In this document: piece by piece, positions 11,647 through 22,181 of the stretch
How positions within the stretch are numbered: position 1 is the stretch's first letter
Layout: the number at the start of each line of letters is the position of its first letter
Origin: an uncultured Chloroflexia bacterium
Lineage (GTDB): Bacteria > Chloroflexota > Limnocylindria > Limnocylindrales > CSP1-4
Assembly (NCBI GenBank): GCA_963700245.1
Contig: CAVOWV010000017.1
Location: 64,236 to 128,235 of the forward strand
Reading direction: 5' to 3'
Length of the DNA: 64,000 nt
Position numbers and translations under genes: made by a program
Notes under the pieces: model-generated
The model's input: the letters and a program-made list of their open reading frames with translations, nothing else
Told to the model about the DNA's origin: nothing
The model's database searches: none

Positions 11647-14600
11647 TCAGTACCCCGTCAGCGTGAGGATGGCGTCGAGGTCGATCCGGCCGCCACCCGC
11701 CGCCACGATGCGGACGGTGTGGCGTCCATGGGCCAGGCTCGCCGTGTACAGGACACGACGGTACTGGGCCGACGATGACCGCTCGCTCACCGTTGCCCGG
11801 TAGGCCCCGTCAACGTAGACCTTGAACTTGCCGCGCGTCGAGCTGCGAGGTCCCACGATCGCGAAGCCGCGGCCGGTGTAGGTGAAGGTCGCGCTCCTGC
11901 CCGAGGTGGACGTGCCTTTCGCGCTGTCGCCGGAGTGCCTGGTGTTCCTCGAGGTGGACCAGCCCGTCGAGTAGACGATGGACGAGCTCGTGTTCTGGTA
12001 CCGGCCGACCCGGAAGTCGGGATCCCGTGGTCCCTGGTAGGGGCGACGCGCGCTCAGGGATTGCGGTCCGACCCGGTCCCGGCACTGGTGCGGGTCGCAG
12101 CGAAACGTGTGTGACGGTCCGCTTGCGGGTCGACGTGGCGGTGGTCATTGTCGATCCTCGTGGGGTACGAGCCGTCGTTGGTGCTCTGGTAGACCTTGAC
12201 GCTACGCGTCGAGGCGCCGGCTCGTGACGCCGCACCAGCTGAGCCTCAGGGAACGGTGGAGCCGATGGTGCTGTTGCTGACGAGAGGTGGCGGGCCCATC
12301 CGTGGCCGGGTTACGAGAGGGGCGACGGGGCGAGCGATGGTGACGAACGACCGTGGCCGTGGCCATCAGGCCACCTCTGTCGGTGATCGTGTAGGTGAAG
12401 GAGTCGCCGCCGGTGGCGCAGCCGATCGGGTCGTAGACGAGGCCCGATCCACCAGCCGCGATCGAGACGGAGCCCCGCTGGCGGTCCCGAACGACTTGAC
12501 GATGATCGTGCGGTGGGCTCGGCTGTCGCACCGCTCACCACCGGTCCGCTGTCGTCGTTGGCCAGGACGTCGAGCGTCACCGCGGGCGTCGAGGTGACCG
12601 TGAACACGTCCGTCCTGGCGTTCGGCGCGTCGTTGCCCGCGCTGACGGTGATCGAGACGGTGGCGGTGGCCGAGTGTCAGCAAAGCCGTCGCTGACCCGG
12701 AAGGTGAGCGCTGTCGGTGCCGTTGTAGTTGGCGGCCGGGGTGTAGGTCCTGGTGGCGCCGGTGCCGCTGAGAGTGCCGTGCGCCGGCTGGCGTGAGCGA
12801 CGGTGTAGTCTCAGCGGGTTCCCGTCGAGGTCGGTTCCCGCCAGGGTGATCGCCTTCGCGGTGTCCTCGTTCGTGGTCACCGACTGGGCGTTGGCGACTG
12901 GGCGCGTCGTTGACCGCCGCGACGGTGATCGAGACGGTGGCGGTGGCTGAGTTCAGCAGGCCGTCGCTGACCCGGAACGTGAAGCTGTCGGGGCCGTTGT
13001 AGTTGGCGGCCGGGGTGTAGGTCCTGGTGGCGCCGGTGCCGCTGAGGGTGCCGTGCGCGGGCGCCGTGACGACCACGTAGGTCAGCGAGCTGCCCGTCGA
13101 TGTCGGTGCCCGCCAGGGTGATGCCCTTGGCCGCGTCCTCGTTCGCGGTCACCGACTGGGCGTTGGCAACCGGGGCGTCGTTGATCGCGGTCACGGTGAT
13201 CGAGACGGTGGCGGTGTTCGTGTCGCCGAGGTCGTCGGTGACATGGAGCGTGAACGAGCAGGGCCGTTGGCGTTGGCGGCCGGGGTGTAGGTGGGGGAGC
13301 CGGTGCCGGTGCTGAGCGTTCCGTAGACACGGCGCGCGCGACGAGCTGAATCAGCGATCCAGGTCGAGATCGCTGTCGATCAAGCGTTGTTGCCTTCGCC
13401 GCGTCCTCGCCGGTGGAAACCGACTGGTCCTCGGCGACCGGTGCATGGTTGCCGATCGTGATGTCCACGGTGACCGGGGGCGAGTCGACCGCGCCGTCAC
13501 TGGCGATGACGGTGAAGCTGTCCGATCCGGTGGCGGCCGTGTTGGGCGTGTAGGTGAAGGCACCAGTGGCGGTGTTGAACGGGGCCACGGTGCCATTGAC
13601 CGGCCCGGTCCCGATGCGGAGCGTCAGGCTGGGGTTGTCGACATCGGCGCAGGACACGGTGCCGTTCACCGGCACGTTCTTGTCAGTGCCGAGCGCGAGA
13701 GGGCTGCAGGCGGGCTCGTCGTTGACCGCGCTGACGGTGATCGAGACAGTGGCCGGGTCGGAGGTGGAGGTGCCGTCACCGGCCCTGAAGGTGAACGAAT
13801 CGGCACCGTGGTAGTTGCCGGCCGGGAGGTACGTCAGGAGCGGGGCCGTGCCGCTGAGGGTGCCGTGGGCCGGCCCTGTGACGATGGCGTAGGTCAGCTG
13901 GCTGCCTTCGACATCCGTGCCCGCCAGCGTGATCGCCTTCGCCGTGTCCTCATCGTGGCGACGGACTGGGCGCTCGCGACCGGGGCGTCGTTGACGGCGG
14001 TAATGCTCACGTGACGGTGCCGGTGTCGGTGCCGCCGTTGCCGTCGTTGATCGTGAAGGTGAAGCTGTCGGCGCCGTTGGCGTCCTGGTCGGGCGTGTAG
14101 GTCTGGTGGCGCTGGTGCCGCTGAGAAGGCCGTGGGCGGGGTCGCCGACGATGTACGTGAGCGTGTCACCGTCGAGGTCGGATGCGCGTGAGGGTGATCG
14201 CCTTCGCCGTGTCCTCATCCGTCGTCACCGACTGGGCGTTGGCGACGGGCGCGTCGTTGACCGGGGTGACCACGATCGCGACGGTGGCCGTGGCGGCCGC
14301 CGCGGCGACGCCGCGTGAACGTGAAGGGTCGGGCCGTGTAGTTGGCGAACGGGGTGTTGAGGACGGCTCCGGCGCAGTCGCCGGGGAGCGTGCATCTGAT
14401 CTCCGACACCGGCTCCACGAGCCCGTGGAGAGCTTGCGTCGCGACGGTGAACGCGGCGGTGTCGTCCCCTTCCACATCGTTGGCCAGACACGGGGATGAG
14501 CCAGGACCCGACATCCTCCTCGAGGACCGCGCAGGTCGTCCCCGGGCGTCGGCGCGTCGTTGACGGGGGCGACCGTGATCGTGAAGGTCACGTTGCGCTC

Positions 14601-15642
14601 GGTCGGCGGACGTGTCGTCGCGACGCCAGTTGCTGGTGCCCGCCGTCGTCGTGAAGATCGACGGTGACGGTGGACGGCCGTGCAGTCGTCGCCGGGATGA
14701 AGGTGAGGTGCCCGTCGGCGAGATGGCGGGCTGGACGCAAACAGGGCGCTGTTGGCGGCATGCACGTCGAACTCGAGGGTCTGGCCGCTCTCGGCGGCAC
14801 CGGGGCTGATCGCGGTCGCCCAGCCTCGTCATGGACCCGGATTCTCAGCACGGCGACGTCGCCGCCGGAGGTGAAGCTCGGGGCGTCGTTCACGGGCGAA
14901 ACCCACAACTGCATGGTCGCCGGCTCAGACCAGTCCGTGCCATCAAACGCCCGGTAGATGAAGGAGTCGGACTCGTAGTCAGGGAGCGGGGTGAAGAAGT
15001 TGGGGTCCGGGGTGTAGCTCCAGCTGCCGTCGAGCGCGACCACCGCGATCCCGTGGCTGGCCTGGGTCGCCAGGGCGAACGTGAGCGCGTCGTCCTCGAG
15101 GTCCGTGTCGTTGAAGTCCAGGGAGCACGTTGGTCCGGGGGGTTGCGGACCAAAGACGTAGTCCTCGGGGATGGGGAACGAGCCTCCCAGTGCTCCGTTC
15201 CCGCACGCGAAAGCTGGATCATCATTGGCGGTCGGCGGGTCGTTGACGGCGGTGATCGTGATCGTGACGGTCGCCGCGGCCGCGTCGGCGTTGCCGTCGG
15301 TGGCCGTGAACTTGAACGAGTCGTCGCCATTCGCATTGGGGTCCGGCGTGTACGCGACCGTCGCGGTGCACGGATCGCCGGGGTCGCCGCAACGCAGGGT
15401 GCTCGGGCGTTCCCAGCCCGCCCATGGACGGCGGTGTCGAGATCGAGAAGTCGGTGATGAGCCCGCCGTCGGGATCCGTCGCGGTCAGGGTGACGGTCCG
15501 GGGTCGGCGTCCTCGTTGATGCTCAGGCTCACGGGCTCCGACGTGGCTGTTGGGCTGGCGCCAACCACGGCCGCCGGGGCGAGGCCCGCCAAGAGGAGTG
15601 GCGGCCGTCACGGTCGCGAGGAATCGCGAGGGTCAGGTTCAT
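11647..15642 (-). CDS. Large secreted repeat protein (cadherin-like / tandem ~95-aa Ig-like repeats) with many frame disruptions as assembled
   Basis: The unit VNDAPVANAQSVTTDEDTAKAITL.G.D.DG..LTY.IV..PAHGTLSGTGATRTYTPAANYNG.DSFTF...DG recurs about every 280 nt. It is spread over at least 8 ORF fragments in all three minus-strand frames. Blocks at 12700-12790 and 12965-13060 are near-identical at DNA level. The C-terminal module is ...RGKFKVYVDGAYRATV...GRHTVRIVAAGGGRIDLDAILTLTGY. The ATG at 15642 overlaps the stop of the upstream PKD gene (ATGA). Confidence 0.6.
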
Positions 15643-16277
15643 TGCACGGTCACCGATGTGGAATCGCTTGATTTGGCCCCACTGGGATTCTGCACGGTCA
15701 GCTTGACGACGTACGTCCCGGCCGCGTCGTAGGTGTGGCCGGCCGGTCTTGCCGGTGCTGGACGTGCCGTCGCCCCAGGCCCACGCGTACGTGGTTCCCG
15801 ACTTGACGTTCACAGATGCGGCGCCGCTGCAGTCCACGGAGAACTGGACCGGTGCGCTGCAGGAGATGATCGCGATCGGGCGGCGGTGCGGGGTGGGCTT
15901 GGGCGTGGGCTTGGGCGTGGGCTTGGGGGTCGGCTTGGGCGTGGGCTTGGGCGTGGGTCGGGCGTTCGGGGTGGCGTCGCCTTGGGCTTGGGCCTGGCCG
16001 TCGGCTTGGGCGTGGGCTTGACCGTCGGTGATGGCGTGGGCGACGGCTGTGAGCGGCACGGGCTCGGGGACGGGCTGGGAGATGGCCTGGGACGCGGTGG
16101 CGGGCTCGGCGAGGGGCTGGCGGTAGCCGTCGGCGAGGGCGTCGGCGTAGGGATGACCGCGATTGCCGCCGGGGATTCACTGGGTCCCGGCGTGGCCGTC
16201 AAGGAGGGCACGACAATCGATAGGCCGAGAGCGGCCACCGAGATGCACAGCAGGACGACCGCAGTGTCGCGCCACAA
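15639..16277 (-). CDS. Membrane-anchored Pro/Thr-rich linker + PKD-domain protein, frame-disrupted as assembled
   Basis: The signal anchor is MWRDTAVVLLCISVAALGLSIVVP, followed by a (PTPK)n linker. The PKD-like domain reads PIAIISCSAPVQFSVDCSG...YAWAWGDGTSSTGKT / GHTYDAAGTYVVKLTVQNPSGAKSSDSTSVTVQ. It is spread over 3 frames. Confidence 0.55.
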
Positions 16278-16466
16278 CCGATGGCGGCTGGACGGTGGAG
16301 CCGGCGGTGCTCCTTGCTCTGGCGATCCGCGGCCCGGACGCCGCCTGCGACGACGGGAGCAGTTGCCGCGGTGGCACCAGCCCGGATCGCGGCCCTGCGC
16401 TCGGCGGCGGCTGCGGCGAATGCGACTGCGGCTGCCGCGGCTTCGGCGGCCTCCGCTGCCTCGAGG

Positions 16467-16685
16467 TCAGCTTCGGAAGCCACGCCAATCCCGACGCGGT
16501 AGGCGAGATCGGCCTGGTTGAGCTGCGGGATGGCGACAGCGGCGGCAGCCGTCAGCGGCGGCCGCGGCGGCCGCGGCGGCCTCGGCGGCCCGGCGTCGCC
16601 TGCGCGTACGCCGCAGGACCAGCACGATCGCCACCGCCGTGAGAACCGCGATGACGACGACGATGCCCAACTCGAACGGCGACAT
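16467..16685 (-). CDS. Hypothetical small single-TM protein; the Ala-rich tail may continue in another frame
   Basis: MSPFELGIVVVIAVLTAVAIVLVLRRTRRRRR. The only support is the hydrophobic helix followed by a positive patch. Confidence 0.2.
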   Translation of the reverse strand: MSPFELGIVVVIAVLTAVAIVLVLRRTRRRRRAAEAAAAAAAAADGCRRCRHPAAQPGRSRLPRRDWRGFRS

Positions 16686-16771
16686 GGCCCCTCAACACGC
16701 CGGCATCCCGGAGCCGACGAGCCGATGCTAGCACCGGACCGATCGGGGGTTCCGCCTGCCCGGACGAGACC

Positions 16772-17908
16772 TCAGGCGCCCGGCTCGGGCTCCCCGTTGG
16801 GGGTCTCGGGCTCGTCGTCGTAGGTCTCTGCCTCGAGGGCATCACTGGCCTCGTTGCGGTTCACGAGGAACAGGATGAGGCCGAAGACCACCGCCAGGCC
16901 CAGGAACGAGTACACCTGCTGCGTCCCCGAGAGGACGAGGCTGAGCACTGCGAGCAGGATGCACAGGCCGTAGATGACCAGCACCGTCTGGCTGTGGGAG
17001 AGGCCGAGGTCCAGCAGCCGGTGGTGGATGTGGCCGCGGTCCGGCGTGAAGGGCGAGTTCCCGGCCCGGATACGGCGGACGAGGATCCAGAAGGTGTCGA
17101 TGATCGGCACGCCGAGCACCAGGAGCGCCACGGCGACCTTGGCCGTCCCCAGGATCGACAGCACCGCCAGCGTGTAGCCCACGAACATCACGCCGCTGGT
17201 GCCGATGAAGATCGTCGCCGGGTGGAAGTTCCAGCGCAGGAACCCGAGCAGCGAGCCCGCGAGGCCGAAGCACAGGATCCCGATGAACGGCTGCGCGATC
17301 GCGGCGGTCAGCGAGATCAGGCCCAGCGTGACGGCGGCGATCAGCGAGATGCCCGACGAGAGCCCGTCCAGCCCGTCGATGAAGTTGATGCTGTTGATCA
17401 TGCCCATGATCCAGAGCATCGAGAACCCGATCGCAAACGGCCCGGTGAGGACGATGTTGCCCGGCCCGAACGGATTGGCGATGAACGTGACGGTGATCCC
17501 GGCGAGGACCGCGAACACCGCGAGGACGAGCTGGCCCAGGAGCTGCCAGCGCGCGCGGAGCTGGAACGTGTCGTCCAGGATGCCCAGCAGGGCAGCGACC
17601 GCGCCGCCGACCAGGAGCCCGACCAGCTCCTCGGGGGCGATGGTGCGCGGCACGGGCACGTCGCCGGTCTGACCGTTGAGCCAGATCCCGCCGAGGGCGA
17701 CGACGAGGAACGAGATCGCGACCGCAACGCCTCCACCCCGCGGCACGGGTGCCTTGTTGACGCGCCGTCCACCCGGGTGGTCGACGTTGCCGAGGCGGAT
17801 CGCGACCCGCCGCACGAGCGGCGTCAGGACGAGCGACAGCAGGGCGGCGGCGAGGAACGCGCCCACGATCAGGGGCAGGTACTCCCCGACCGTGGGGATC
17901 AGCCGCAT
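16772..17908 (-). CDS. wecA: MraY/WecA-family glycosyltransferase 4 (undecaprenyl-phosphate GlcNAc-1-phosphate transferase-like)
   Basis: 378 aa, about 11 TM helices, with motifs NKAPVPRGGG and NFIDGLDGL. Its position upstream of the atp genes matches actinobacterial rfe/wecA. Confidence 0.8.
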   Translation of the reverse strand: MRLIPTVGEYLPLIVGAFLAAALLSLVLTPLVRRVAIRLGNVDHPGGRRVNKAPVPRGGGVAVAISFLVVALGGIWLNGQTGDVPVPRTIAPEELVGLLVGGAVAALLGILDDTFQLRARWQLLGQLVLAVFAVLAGITVTFIANPFGPGNIVLTGPFAIGFSMLWIMGMINSINFIDGLDGLSSGISLIAAVTLGLISLTAAIAQPFIGILCFGLAGSLLGFLRWNFHPATIFIGTSGVMFVGYTLAVLSILGTAKVAVALLVLGVPIIDTFWILVRRIRAGNSPFTPDRGHIHHRLLDLGLSHSQTVLVIYGLCILLAVLSLVLSGTQQVYSFLGLAVVFGLILFLVNRNEASDALEAETYDDEPETPNGEPEPGA

Positions 17909-17923
17909 CGGGCCGTCCGGGAC

Positions 17924-19309
17924 CTAGGCACGATCGCGCGGGAGGCCGGGGACCGGGAACCGGGCGACGAGCTCGCGGACGTCCTCCCGGATCCGGGCAT
18001 GGACGCCCTCCGACATCACGGCCCGTGATCGCCTCGACGACCAGGTGGCCGATCGTGCGCATCTCGTCGGGACCCATGCCCCGCGTCGTCGTGGCCGGCG
18101 TGCCGATCCGGATCCCGGACGCGACGTTGGGCGAATTGACGTCGAACGGGATGGCGTTCTTGTTGACCGTGATGCCGACATCGTCGAGGAGGGTCTCGGC
18201 CTCGCGTCCGGTCACGCCCATCGGGGTCACATCCACGAGCGCGAGGTGGTTGTCGGTTCCCCCGCTGACGAGACGGGCCCCGGCCCCGGCGATGGTCTCG
18301 GCGAGGACGTGGGCGTTCTCGATCGTGCGGGCCTGGTCCCGGCGGAACTCGTCGGTGGCGGCCAGGAGCAGTGCGACGGCCTTGGCGGCGACGACCTGCA
18401 TCAAGCGGACCGCCCTGGACGCCCGGGAACACGCTCTTGTCGATGGCCTGGGCAAGCGTGTTCTTGCCCAGCGCCGGGAAGCTGGCCCGATCGACGCCGT
18501 CCGGCAGGTCGGCCTCGGGCGAACACCAGGCCGCCGCGAGGCCCGCGCAGGGTCTTGTGGGTCGTGGTGGCCACGAGGTCGGCATGGGGGAACGGGCTCG
18601 GATGCAGGCCCGCCGCCACGAGCCCCGCGACATGGGCCATGTCCACGAACAGCAGCGCGCCGACGCCGTGGGCGATCGCCGCCATCCGCTCGAAGTCCAG
18701 GATCCGCGGATAGGCCGACGCGCCCGCCACGACCACCTTCGGCCGCACCTCCGCCGCCTGCGCCTCGAGCGCGTCGTAGTCGATCCGCTCCGTCTCGCGG
18801 TCCACGCCGTAGGCATGCACCTCGTAGAGCCGGCCGGAGAAGTTGACCGGGGAGCCGTGGGTGAGGTGGCCGCCGTGGGCCAGGCTCATGCCCAGGATCC
18901 GGTCGCCCGGCCGCAGCACGGCGAAGTAGGCCGCCATGTTGGCCTGGGCCCCGGAGTGCGGCTGGACGTTGACATGGTCCGAGCCCGGGAACAGGGCGAG
19001 CGCGCGGGTCCGGGCCAGGTTCTCGGCCACGTCCACGTGCTCGCAGCCGCCGTAGTAGCGCCTGCCCGGCAGTCCCTCGGCGTACTTGTTGGTGAGCCAG
19101 GAGCCCTGCGCCTCGTTCACCGCCTGGAACACGTAGTTCTCGCTGGCGATCAGCTCGATCTTGTCGGTCTGCCGGTGGCGCTCGGCCTCCATCGCGGCCC
19201 ACAGCTCCGGGTCCACTTCGGCGATGGACGCCCACGCTGCGGACGACACGCTGGCCTGGGACACGGCGGAGACCTCCTCGGGCTCGGGGCGCTGCAAACG
19301 AGTGGCCAT
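17924..19309 (-). CDS. glyA: Serine hydroxymethyltransferase, three frame shifts as assembled
   Basis: The protein reads ELIASENY...YYGGCEHVD...[10 protein letters not shown] (frame of ORF 18401..19354), then ...[10 protein letters not shown] (ORF 18016..18816), then [11 protein letters not shown]...[10 protein letters not shown]...[13 protein letters not shown] (frame of ORF 16842..19370), then ...[20 protein letters not shown] (ORF 17924..18181). Confidence 0.85.
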
Positions 19310-19627
19310 TGTCCCACGGGTCGCGGGGGTCTGGTCGCCCTGGAGCATGCGCAACCCGGGCCCTGTCCACCCGGGAGTGCCGCGGACCGGGCGCCGGGGA
19401 CCGTCAGTCGCTGGATTTCCTGTTCACCACGCCGCTCGGGGACCGGCAGACCCGGGAGGGACCCAGGCACGCCCGATTACGGGCCAGATCGGGGACAGTG
19501 GATCCCCGACGCGTCCGGGTGAGGCCTCGGCACTGCGACTGCCAGTCCCCGCGCGGAGCTGGATCACTCGTCGGTGCGTGGCGGAGCGGGACGACTCGTC
19601 GGTGCGTGGCGGTGCGTGGCGGCCGCT
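19310..19627 (-). promoter_or_regulatory. Long (318 nt) glyA leader with a tandem 19-nt repeat and hairpins; possible riboswitch
   Basis: No ORF is present. The direct repeat ACTCGTCGGTGCGTGGCGG occurs at 19566-19584 and 19593-19611, followed by the partial unit TGCGTGGCGG. On the minus strand GACTGGCA...CACCCGG...hairpin...TGCCTGGG is loosely reminiscent of the ZTP (pfl) class. Confidence 0.25.
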
Positions 19628-20287
19628 CTACAGCTCGATCGCGTGGAGCAGCCCCGCTCGCTCCAGCTCCTCCACGATCAGCTCCGCGGGGATCGCCCCC
19701 GCCCGCAGGATCACCGGCAGGTCCCAGGTGCAGTCCACCACCGTGGACGCCGGGCCGCCGTGGATCGGCCCACCGTCGATCACCAGCGCGATCGCATCGC
19801 CCAGGCGCGCCGCGATCTCCTGCGCATCGCGCGCGTCCACCTCACCCGACACGTTGGCGGAGGTCGTCGGCAAGGGACCGAGGGTTCGGGCGATGGCCCG
19901 GGGCGCATCGTGGTCCGGCACGCGCACACCGATGGTCGGCGCTCCGGCGGCGAGCACCCGCGGCAGGACGGCGCCAGGGCGCACCGGCAGGACCAGCGTC
20001 AGGCCGCCGGGCCAGAACCGCTCGCCGAGCACCCTCGCGTGCGGCGTCATCTTGCCCAGCGTCTCCGCCTGGGCCATGTCGGCCAGCAGGACCGCGACGG
20101 CCTTCTCCGGCGGGCGGCGCTTGGCGGCGAACAGGCGCTCGATGGCATCGGGGAGCGCGAGGTCCGCCGCGATCCCGTAGACGGTGTCGGTGGGCACGGC
20201 GACGATCAGCCCGGCGCGCAGCAGCTCCACCGCCTCGGCGCGGGCGGCCTCGCCGTCCGGCAGGATCCGTGGCAGGGAGGTCGTCAC
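19628..20287 (-). CDS. tsaC: L-threonylcarbamoyladenylate synthase (Sua5/YwlC/TsaC family)
   Basis: VPTDTVYGIAAD...FAAKRRP..KAVAVL...WPGGLTLVL...VRVPDH...PLPTTSAN.SG. Confidence 0.85.
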   Translation of the reverse strand: MTTSLPRILPDGEAARAEAVELLRAGLIVAVPTDTVYGIAADLALPDAIERLFAAKRRPPEKAVAVLLADMAQAETLGKMTPHARVLGERFWPGGLTLVLPVRPGAVLPRVLAAGAPTIGVRVPDHDAPRAIARTLGPLPTTSANVSGEVDARDAQEIAARLGDAIALVIDGGPIHGGPASTVVDCTWDLPVILRAGAIPAELIVEELERAGLLHAIEL

Positions 20288-21255
20288 GCCGCCGTCCCGG
20301 CACGGAGCGTCGCCTGGATGGCCCGCGCCTCCTCGGCCAGGCGGGCGGCATGCCGGGCGGCGCCCTCGGGCGAGGCCAGCACCAGTGCCTCGACCAGTGC
20401 GGCGGCACCGTCATGGTCAACGGGCGCGGCGACATACCGCGCGGCCAGCTGCACCTCCGCGGGCGCCGTCGCCATGGCGGCTCCGTGGCCCGCGTCCACG
20501 ATCATCTCGACGTCGTTGAGCGCGTCGCCCATCGCGAGGACCTGGCCCATCGGGACGCCGGCGCGGTGCGCCAGCCAGGCGACGGCCCGGCCCTTGGACA
20601 CGCCGGGCGCCACGAACTCCAGGAAGCGCGGGTGCGAGACCGTCGGGCTCGCCCGCCCGGCGAACAGCCGCCGCGCCTCGTCGATCAGCGCCATCGGCCG
20701 CCCGGGCTCCCCCACCGCGATCACCTTGCTCATCGGCGTGCGGATGTCGGTCGTGAGGTCCCTGACCGTCTCGGCCTCGCGCCCGAGGTACGCGGAGTAG
20801 TCGGCGAAGTTGGGGTCGCCCTCCTGCACGATCATCCGCTCGACGGTGTTGATGTGCGGGTTGAGGTCGTTCGCGAAGCACCAGCGCACGGCGTCCGCGA
20901 TGACGTCCGGCGCCATGGGCTGGTGCGAGAGGATCCGCCCGATGCGGCCCCGCGCCGGGGGCGGCCCGACCTCCATCCGGGCGGACCGGGCCGGCATCGC
21001 GCGGACGATGGCACCCTGGTGGCCGATGATCGGCTCCTCGAGCCCGAGGCGGTTCGCGAACACGACCGCGGACGTGGGCATCCGTCCCGTCGCGAGCGAC
21101 ACCCTCACGCCACGCCGCACCGCCTCGCCGATGGCCGCCACCAGCCGCTCGGACAGCTGCATGTCCTGGCCGACCAGCGTCCCGTCGATGTCGAGGGCCA
21201 GCATCCGGACCGGGAACACTGGCGCGGGTCGGGTGCGCGGGCGATGGTCCCTCAC
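20284..21255 (-). CDS. Cof-type HAD-IIB family hydrolase
   Basis: LALDIDGTL at the N-terminus and [10 protein letters not shown] at the C-terminus. The GTG at 21255 overlaps the prmC stop; an internal start at MLALD (about 21204) is possible. Confidence 0.8.
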   Translation of the reverse strand: MRDHRPRTRPAPVFPVRMLALDIDGTLVGQDMQLSERLVAAIGEAVRRGVRVSLATGRMPTSAVVFANRLGLEEPIIGHQGAIVRAMPARSARMEVGPPPARGRIGRILSHQPMAPDVIADAVRWCFANDLNPHINTVERMIVQEGDPNFADYSAYLGREAETVRDLTTDIRTPMSKVIAVGEPGRPMALIDEARRLFAGRASPTVSHPRFLEFVAPGVSKGRAVAWLAHRAGVPMGQVLAMGDALNDVEMIVDAGHGAAMATAPAEVQLAARYVAAPVDHDGAAALVEALVLASPEGAARHAARLAEEARAIQATLRAGTAA

Positions 21256-22181
21256 GGGCGAGCCGTCCGGGTGAGGAGCGGCGGCTCGATGCGTGCGAGT
21301 CGCGGCAGATCGGCAAGGTCGGCCTGCACGACGCAGCGCCAGCCCGGCAACAGCTCGGCGACCGCGGCCGGAACGGCCTCCCCCTGGTCGAAGCCGATCT
21401 CCAGCAGGGCGATCCCGTCGCTCTCCAGCACCTTCGGCAATCGGTCCAGCAGCCGGCGGATCTCGTCCAGCCCGTCGGGGCCGCCATCGAGCGCCAGGCG
21501 CGGCTCGAACGAGAGGTCTCTCGCCAGCCCGTCCAGCGCCTCGGTCGCCACGTACGGGAGGTTCGCGCAGATCACCGCGTAGGGCGTGTCGCCGACGGTG
21601 AGCAGGTCGCCCTCGCGGAAGCGCATCCGGTCGGCCACGCCGTGGCCCGCGGCGTTCTCGCGGGCCAGGTCGAGCGCCTCGGGGCTGATGTCCACCGCGA
21701 CGACCACGACGTGCTCGTCCATGCGCCGCCTGCGCAACGCCGCGATGAGCGCCACGGCGATCGCCCCCGACCCCGTCCCGACGTCGGCCACGCGCAGCGG
21801 CGGCGCGCCCGCGGGGCGTGGCGCGGCCGTCAGCCGCTCGATCACGGCGGCGATGGCCGCGTCCACGAGCAGCTCGGTCTCGGGTCGCGGGACGAGGGCG
21901 CGCTGGTCGGTGGCGATGGCCTGGCCGTGGAACTCGCGGAAGCCGCGGATGTAGGCCACGGGCTCGCCGCGCTCCCGGCGGGCCACGTACCCCTCGAACG
22001 CGGCGGCGACACCATCGGGGACCGGGGCCTCCGGGTGGGCCAGCACGCCGACCCGGTCGATGCCGAGCGCAAACCCCATGAGCAGCTCGGCATCCAGCCG
22101 CGCGGAGTCGATGCCGGCGGCGGCGAGGCGCTCGGTGGCGTCGCGGACCAGACCTGAGACGGTTGAGGCTGCGTCAGGCAT
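21252..22181 (-). CDS. prmC: Release-factor glutamine N5-methyltransferase
   Basis: Motifs are [31 protein letters not shown] and the NPPY-type motif as ANLPYV. Start chosen at MPDAAS. Confidence 0.88.
   Translation of the reverse strand: MPDAASTVSGLVRDATERLAAAGIDSARLDAELLMGFALGIDRVGVLAHPEAPVPDGVAAAFEGYVARRERGEPVAYIRGFREFHGQAIATDQRALVPRPETELLVDAAIAAVIERLTAAPRPAGAPPLRVADVGTGSGAIAVALIAALRRRRMDEHVVVVAVDISPEALDLARENAAGHGVADRMRFREGDLLTVGDTPYAVICANLPYVATEALDGLARDLSFEPRLALDGGPDGLDEIRRLLDRLPKVLESDGIALLEIGFDQGEAVPAAVAELLPGWRCVVQADLADLPRLARIEPPLLTRTARP

Noticed and set aside
16540-16610. GC-only low-complexity run (CGGCGGCCGCGGCGGCC...) as a repeat element
   Set aside because: It lies within Ala-rich, possibly coding sequence of the small TM ORF region. 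This is simple codon-level repetition and not a discrete element.
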